Of a stretch of 58,173 nt of DNA, positions 52,765 through 58,173 are shown one piece after another. The translations under genes and the position numbers were made by a program. Positions within the stretch are counted from its first letter, which is position 1, and each line of letters starts with the position of its first letter. Origin of the DNA: a virus. Lineage: Duplodnaviria > Caudoviricetes. Below the pieces are notes generated by a model, which saw only the letters and a list, made by a program, of their open reading frames with translations, had not been told where the DNA came from and searched no databases. Where the stretch lies: IMG/VR virus record IMGVR_UViG_3300025141_000105, positions 1 to 58,173 of that record; one strand, given 5' to 3'.

Positions 52765-55068
52765 TTATAACTTCTCAGTCGCTCTTTTTAAATCACTTGA
52801 TGTTGTGGATGTTCCAGTGTTTTTTACCTTTTCTTCTTTCTGTAAATTAGCTTCGCTTTCTCTATTTTTTCTGTCTATATAGTAGTCAGCCGCTTTCTTA
52901 TCCATATCATTTCTTTCTTTAGTGTCATGTAAATCTCTGTCAACTTCAGCTTGTATTTTAGCAACTTGTAGTCTAGAGTCTGATCCAATTTTAGCAACTT
53001 GTACTTTAGCCTCATTATCCATTTGTTTAAGTTGGGCCTCAGCTTGGAATTTAGCTTGTTCAGCTTCAGCGGCAGCTTGTTGTGCTTGTTGTTGCTGTTG
53101 TATAGCCACTTCTTGTTGTTTCTGCATTTCATTCATAGCTTGCTCTAACACTTTCTCGGCTTCAGTCATTGTATCAGCTCTAAGAACTTTAATAACACCT
53201 AATAAATCAACAGAGCCTGCCTGTAAAGCAGCTTGAGCTAATTGTTGTACAACTTGCTTCATAGCATCGTCTTTACCACTATCGCCTACATATACACCAA
53301 AGTCTTGTAGCGCTACATCTGGCATAACATTTAAAAATTTATAAGCACCATCACCTAATATCATTCCAGCTTTTTTTCCGCCAGCCCAAGCAACTTTCAT
53401 TAGATTGCATAGTCTTTCTAATACTCTTTGCTTTACTTCTGCATGCGAATAGAACCAACTTTCTGTTATAGTTGAAGATTGAACTACACTTCTTTGTACA
53501 TTACCCACGTATTCATACTTCTCCACAGCTCCTTCTCTTTGTCTAGTAACTCCTGATATTTGACCTGCCATATCCTCTAACATTACTTTAAGATTAATTA
53601 ACTGCTGTACAGATTGAGATAAAGTAAAGTCAATTTGCTGAAATTGATTAAAACTACTCATTTGATTACCCTCATCTTTTGAGTTAATAGGTATAATACC
53701 ATCTGTCTTTAAGTGATACAATACTTGCTGTATATCCATACCAACATTAGTAGGTAATTGCGATACATCATATACTACAGCTTTACCACCAGAACGAGCC
53801 ATAGCTAACTCTATTTGATAAACAACAATATTATAAAGCATCTGAACGTTATCTAATAAATCAATAATAGAAGCAGGAGAGCCAGAAGTATTACCTTTTA
53901 CACAACCAACATAAGATAATGGAGTTTTGCCTGGATTATCTATGCTTCTTACCTGATTATCTCTTCTTCTTGCGTTAACTAAAATTTTACCACCTATTTT
54001 TGTCGCCTCCCAAATATCATCCACCCATTTAATTTCTATTCTATCTCCTTTTCTTTTTCTATAAGTGTCTTTTACCATTTTTCTAAATGGTCTACTAGGA
54101 TCATACTTATTATGAGATAGTTTAAATTTAATTGCTCTAAGAGACTTCCATTCTGCAGTTACCACTCTAATTCTAGTTTCTCTTCCGTGTCCAGCATCAA
54201 TCCATTCTAGGCTAGAGTTATAATGATTCATGTCTCCACCAGCATAAAGATTTCTCATCTTGTCTAGCTCTTCTAAGTCTTTAGTAGTTAAACTATCTTT
54301 AAACTCATCATTTATTTCATTAACAGATATCCATCTTTCTTCACCCACCCAACTACAGTCATCTAAGTAGTCTGAATGTGCAGAGCTATCAAAGATTACA
54401 TTTCTAGGATCTACTCTCCTTACGTATGGGTCTCCATTTTGAATACTTACCTTGTGAAACTCTTTTGATGTAACTAATAAATCTCTAAAACCTTCTTTAA
54501 ATACATCTTTTAAATTATACCTATTAGATATGTACTCTAATCCATCTTGAGCTGTTTCTTCTATCATCTCGCGATAGTTATACTTCATATAAGTTTCTAT
54601 ATCTTCTGGTACAGGTATACCCTGACCTTCTTGCTTAACATCAACTTTCATAGTTTCTCTCATTTCTTGGTGAAAGTCATCTAAAAGCTCTCTCATCATT
54701 AGGCTTACTTTATAGTCTTGCTTTCTAATTACAGCAGCTTTGTTAACTGTAGTAACCTTCATGTCAATAGGTCTTCTTAACTCCTCGCCAATTAAAAGAT
54801 CAATCTTAGGTGTTATAATAGGGTAATTAACCAATCTAGCTGGATACGTTAATCCATATTGCTCAGTTATGTATTTATAATCACCTTGATTTAATTCTCC
54901 ATTATAAATCTGATAATTTCTAATATCTCTAGTTCTTGAAGTAGAGTACTCTCCACCATCTGAACCCATATAACTTGTAATTGCATTTAGAACTTGTTCG
55001 CACCATTCGTCATTTTTTTCTTTGTCTGCAATAACCATTGATGGCATTGATGTGTATTTCTGATCCAT
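52765..55068 (-). CDS. Portal protein (crAss-like)
   Basis: K...W, NY.IYNG, NYPII.PKIDLLIGEE..RP, WEATKIG, GV..QREG, Q-rich C-terminal barrel. Confidence 0.88.
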   Translation of the reverse strand: MDQKYTSMPSMVIADKEKNDEWCEQVLNAITSYMGSDGGEYSTSRTRDIRNYQIYNGELNQGDYKYITEQYGLTYPARLVNYPIITPKIDLLIGEELRRPIDMKVTTVNKAAVIRKQDYKVSLMMRELLDDFHQEMRETMKVDVKQEGQGIPVPEDIETYMKYNYREMIEETAQDGLEYISNRYNLKDVFKEGFRDLLVTSKEFHKVSIQNGDPYVRRVDPRNVIFDSSAHSDYLDDCSWVGEERWISVNEINDEFKDSLTTKDLEELDKMRNLYAGGDMNHYNSSLEWIDAGHGRETRIRVVTAEWKSLRAIKFKLSHNKYDPSRPFRKMVKDTYRKRKGDRIEIKWVDDIWEATKIGGKILVNARRRDNQVRSIDNPGKTPLSYVGCVKGNTSGSPASIIDLLDNVQMLYNIVVYQIELAMARSGGKAVVYDVSQLPTNVGMDIQQVLYHLKTDGIIPINSKDEGNQMSSFNQFQQIDFTLSQSVQQLINLKVMLEDMAGQISGVTRQREGAVEKYEYVGNVQRSVVQSSTITESWFYSHAEVKQRVLERLCNLMKVAWAGGKKAGMILGDGAYKFLNVMPDVALQDFGVYVGDSGKDDAMKQVVQQLAQAALQAGSVDLLGVIKVLRADTMTEAEKVLEQAMNEMQKQQEVAIQQQQQAQQAAAEAEQAKFQAEAQLKQMDNEAKVQVAKIGSDSRLQVAKIQAEVDRDLHDTKERNDMDKKAADYYIDRKNRESEANLQKEEKVKNTGTSTTSSDLKRATEKL

Positions 55069-55072
55069 AATT

Positions 55073-56887
55073 TTATTTTATTTCTGTAGGGATTCCATTA
55101 TATCCCATTTTATAATATTTAAATCCTATATCCTTCACCTTTTCTTGTATAGATGCCTTCATTCTATAGTTATCTATATTATGAATTAAACACAAACCAA
55201 AAGCCATAGCTCTATCCGTATTTTGTAATCCATAATTAGCAAGTTCATCTATCAGATCTATGAACCATATATCTTGAGCGCTCTCTCTTAAATAATCATC
55301 TATCAAATCTTCCATAAGAGCTTTAACCTGCTTATTCATATGCACACCATACCTATTTCTAGTTTTTGTACCAGGGTTGTGTGCGGACTCTGGTTTTTCT
55401 TTTAAATACTTTAGCGCATTCATACGCTTAAAGTAATCTAATATACCTATCTTTGTATACTCTACCAACATTTTAGAGTTATAATACACGGCAAGTTTTA
55501 AACAGCCGTCCCAAAAATCCTCCTTCTTAGGGGGTCTATCAGTATACTCAGCAACAACGTAATCGCTTGGCATATCAGTATTTGCAAATCTACGATAAAT
55601 TATCGCACTACCCAAAGAATCTGACGCTCCAGCTTGATCTTGGTCATAACTATCAATACCACCTATGTCTAAATTCTTATATTCTTTCTCTGGATGTGCT
55701 AATATTTTGTATGGGCCAGTAGGATGTGGCCTCCAAGTAACTGTAGGCTCTTCCTCTCCTAATTGCCAATCTAAAAAGCCTTGTTGTATTTGACTTCTAT
55801 TGTCTTTACTTGATAGTATTCTAGATCTTTGTGCGTTTAGTAGTGTAATATCAAATCTTGATGAGTGAGTATTTAAAAATGCTTCTTCTATAGTTAAAGG
55901 GTAATTTTGTATGTGTAAGTTATATGCTTCATTATCTCCAGACTTCTGTATATCTTCTCTATCTGCTATAAGCTTTTCTCTTGCACCCTTCTCATCTTCT
56001 ACACCTGAATCTATATCAAAGAATCCATAGTATGCTTTTGATGCAGGTATAAACATAGGAATTAGATTATAAGCATCATGACTATAATACATATCCATAA
56101 AATCTTTAGACGCTTTAGATATATCTCCCCCAGTTCCTCCGACAATAGGCACTCCAAACTGAATATCTCCATCCATAAAACATGCTTTAGATGACATATA
56201 AGCATTCTTAAGTTTTTTAAATTCCCCTGCTTCTTCAAATATCATAAGTGACACCCTTTCTCCTTTGAATACCTCTGGATTATCCATTGTTCTGCATATG
56301 ATGTTAGATTGATAACCACCTATTTCCCATTTACCATCTTTATTCTTTTGTTTGTATCCAGATCTCATTATACCGTCAGTATCTTTAAGTACAGAGTGTT
56401 TAAAGTTAGGATGTATACCATTAAGACCTTTTCTAGTTTTATCAAAGAACGCATCAGCCGTAACTTGTAGTCCAGCAGCTACACCTACATCATTAAAAGG
56501 ATAGAATGTATATTCATGAGCAACAGCACCTGAATTCATATAAGAAAATCCTTTATCTCTGGCTTTAATAACAATCATCCCCTTACCTTCTTCTTTACAA
56601 AGCTCTATAGTATCAAAGTACTCATGATCCATAGATCTGTACCAAGGATGTATTAAAGTCTTACGATTACCTGATGTTCCATCATTACCTAATATCATAT
56701 AGTAGTTTAAATAGAAATAGTATTTACCAGATATTTTTTTCATACCTTTAGGTTTATAACCATGTAAGCATCTATCAGTTTCCTGAGCCCAATACTCCTG
56801 ATAAGCCACTGAGTCAGGATTTAAATCAGGATGACCACTATTTGGTATAGGACGATATCTTTGTGGATCAAATTTTATCTTACCCAT
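55073..56887 (-). CDS. terL: Terminase large subunit
   Basis: Walker A IKARDKGFSY, Walker B IFEEAG, GGTGG, YP....EAF, nuclease GGIDSYDQD, DRAMA. Confidence 0.92.
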   Translation of the reverse strand: MGKIKFDPQRYRPIPNSGHPDLNPDSVAYQEYWAQETDRCLHGYKPKGMKKISGKYYFYLNYYMILGNDGTSGNRKTLIHPWYRSMDHEYFDTIELCKEEGKGMIVIKARDKGFSYMNSGAVAHEYTFYPFNDVGVAAGLQVTADAFFDKTRKGLNGIHPNFKHSVLKDTDGIMRSGYKQKNKDGKWEIGGYQSNIICRTMDNPEVFKGERVSLMIFEEAGEFKKLKNAYMSSKACFMDGDIQFGVPIVGGTGGDISKASKDFMDMYYSHDAYNLIPMFIPASKAYYGFFDIDSGVEDEKGAREKLIADREDIQKSGDNEAYNLHIQNYPLTIEEAFLNTHSSRFDITLLNAQRSRILSSKDNRSQIQQGFLDWQLGEEEPTVTWRPHPTGPYKILAHPEKEYKNLDIGGIDSYDQDQAGASDSLGSAIIYRRFANTDMPSDYVVAEYTDRPPKKEDFWDGCLKLAVYYNSKMLVEYTKIGILDYFKRMNALKYLKEKPESAHNPGTKTRNRYGVHMNKQVKALMEDLIDDYLRESAQDIWFIDLIDELANYGLQNTDRAMAFGLCLIHNIDNYRMKASIQEKVKDIGFKYYKMGYNGIPTEIK

Positions 56888-57107
56888 ATCTTAATCGCTT
56901 AGTTTTTCCTAATCCAAAAGTTCCTTTAGACTGCTCTCTCTTTTCTATCTTCATATGATATCTTTGTGCTAAATCTACACCGTGTAGTTTCATGGCTAAG
57001 TCGTGATACTCAGCAGCCTTATCCATATCCGCTTTATTATAGAACTTAACATATCTTGCATAAAGATACTTAACATCATGTTTTGTTTCTCTCTTGCTTC
57101 TAGCCAT
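56880..57107 (-). CDS. Hypothetical protein
   Basis: 75-aa ORF coupled to both neighbours. Confidence 0.6.
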   Translation of the reverse strand: MARSKRETKHDVKYLYARYVKFYNKADMDKAAEYHDLAMKLHGVDLAQRYHMKIEKREQSKGTFGLGKTKRLRYG

Positions 57108-57637
57108 TACAATTCTTTTATTTCTTTTCTTCTCTCTAAAAATGACAACCCTTTATCTCCAGCTATCTTTTGTCTTTCTCCTCTTCTGTCTATAGCATCT
57201 AATAAAGATTGTCTAGTCTTAAGTATCTTCTCAACCCCTATCATTAGCTTCTGTAACAATTCAGCATTCTCCTCATCTAAATGCATTCCATCAATAAGAG
57301 CTGTAAACTGATTAATTTTATTGTTAAACGCTATAAGTTGCTCATCTAAAGGATCAAATTGTAGTTCTGTATATTTCTTACAAGCTACCTTTATAGATGG
57401 ATCTTTAGAGCCCTTCCATGTGTAAGTACCATATAAGTCTTTAGAAACTGCCTTAACCCTCTCATTTTCACTGTAATGCCTGTATGGGCTTTCATAGTCG
57501 CAGACTAGGGCAACCCACTTGAGGGCCGTAGGCCCGAATTTTTCCTTCTTAATGAGTGTAAGAAATTCTGGTACGCCAGCAACCCCATCATCATCCTTAA
57601 AAATGTCGCCTTTCCTATTGAGTTTTAATAAATACAT
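57107..57637 (-). CDS. Putative terminase small subunit
   Basis: Helical 176-aa protein (DY.SPY, A..KY..LQ.DP) just upstream of TerL. Confidence 0.5.
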   Translation of the reverse strand: MYLLKLNRKGDIFKDDDGVAGVPEFLTLIKKEKFGPTALKWVALVCDYESPYRHYSENERVKAVSKDLYGTYTWKGSKDPSIKVACKKYTELQFDPLDEQLIAFNNKINQFTALIDGMHLDEENAELLQKLMIGVEKILKTRQSLLDAIDRRGERQKIAGDKGLSFLERRKEIKEL

Positions 57638-57909
57638 TATTTAGTATATTCTAATTGTAATTTAAACATATATCGTATAGGACTAATATACTTAGGAGTT
57701 TTACCATAAATAACACTCTCAATTGTAAAGTTTGGATTATCTTGCATATACCAGTTAGATTTTACAACTCTAAATCCATTATCCTTAGATCTTCCAACAA
57801 TCCACTTCTCATCTTCCATTAAATCGTCTAAATCCATATAATGCTTTTCTAGAAAATAGAAATCATCTATTGTATACACCTTACCATCCTCTCTATTTAG
57901 TTCTCTCAT
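57637..57909 (-). CDS. Hypothetical protein
   Basis: 90-aa ORF with overlapping start/stop coupling. Confidence 0.6.
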   Translation of the reverse strand: MRELNREDGKVYTIDDFYFLEKHYMDLDDLMEDEKWIVGRSKDNGFRVVKSNWYMQDNPNFTIESVIYGKTPKYISPIRYMFKLQLEYTK

Positions 57910-58172
57910 TGATTTATTAATGATGAAGTTTGTTGTCCAAATATGCTTTTTAATATATCAGATTCTTCAGGCAATCTATTAGGATCATTTTGAGCTGACT
58001 GAAAAGGGACTTTATCGTCTTTACCAAACAACTCGGCCTTTCTAACTTTTAATGCATCAATAGAATCCTTTGCAGTTATATTCTTATTAAACAAATCTAT
58101 TTTATCTGTAATGTTTTCTTTATCTCCAGACCAGTGATTCTCAGCCCAAAAGTCTTGTATAGTTTGCTCATT
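57906..58172 (-). CDS. Partial hypothetical protein (5' truncated by window)
   Basis: Frame stays open past 58094 to the window end (NEQTIQDFWAENHWSGDKENITDKIDLFNK...). Confidence 0.6.
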   Translation of the reverse strand, partial: NEQTIQDFWAENHWSGDKENITDKIDLFNKNITAKDSIDALKVRKAELFGKDDKVPFQSAQNDPNRLPEESDILKSIFGQQTSSLINQ

Positions 58173-58173
58173 A

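Noticed and set aside
20977-53236. Numerous + strand ORFs antisense to structural genes (e.g. 20977, 28891, 36189, 37367, 52922)
   Set aside because: Shadow ORFs of long minus-strand genes with S/L/F-biased composition, no leaders and no motifs
18951-56887. Inteins or group I introns in vRNAP, TerL or portal
   Set aside because: ORFs are uninterrupted, no C...HN intein ends or LAGLIDADG motifs were noticed, and TerL is of normal length; a divergent element cannot be fully excluded by eye
1-58173. Stop-codon reassignment as in some crAss-like phages
   Set aside because: Very long ORFs are intact in code 11, and TAG/TGA serve as true stops at tightly packed gene junctions (e.g. 7120, 44168, 2065)
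1-58173. tRNA genes, integrase or transposase
   Set aside because: No cloverleaf with a T-loop GTTCRA in the few intergenic gaps, and no recombinase or transposase motifs seen

Overview
This is a gene-dense, AT-rich fragment of a lytic dsDNA phage with a crAss-like (Crassvirales-related, podovirus-type) virion module, read in the standard genetic code. The host is most likely Bacteroidota/Flavobacteriia, judged from repeated TAnnTTTG promoter elements and A-rich leaders without Shine-Dalgarno sequences. The + strand arm (1-10526) carries small early genes and a recombination/replication module: DUF932, DnaB, HU-like, Sak/Rad52, putative SSB, RusA-like, DnaA-C HTH, RecE-like PD-(D/E)XK nuclease, DUF3310 and GroES. 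The converging - strand arm (58173-10516) carries TerS?, TerL, portal, scaffold, major capsid, ring/tail proteins, a 2289-aa tail stabilization (muzzle) protein and cargo/ejection proteins. It also carries a 4100-aa virion RNA polymerase polyprotein (two HExxH zincin motifs plus a DLDGD catalytic loop), fibre/decoration paralogues, a lysis cluster and a metallophosphoesterase. Most notable are the single-chain giant vRNAP with an RNAi-RdRP-type DLDGD motif, a highly structured 140-nt intergenic element after the SSB gene, near-leaderless host-type promoters, and possible 3'-UTR antisense elements against late-gene leaders. All calls come from motif recognition by eye; no searches or folding programs were run.
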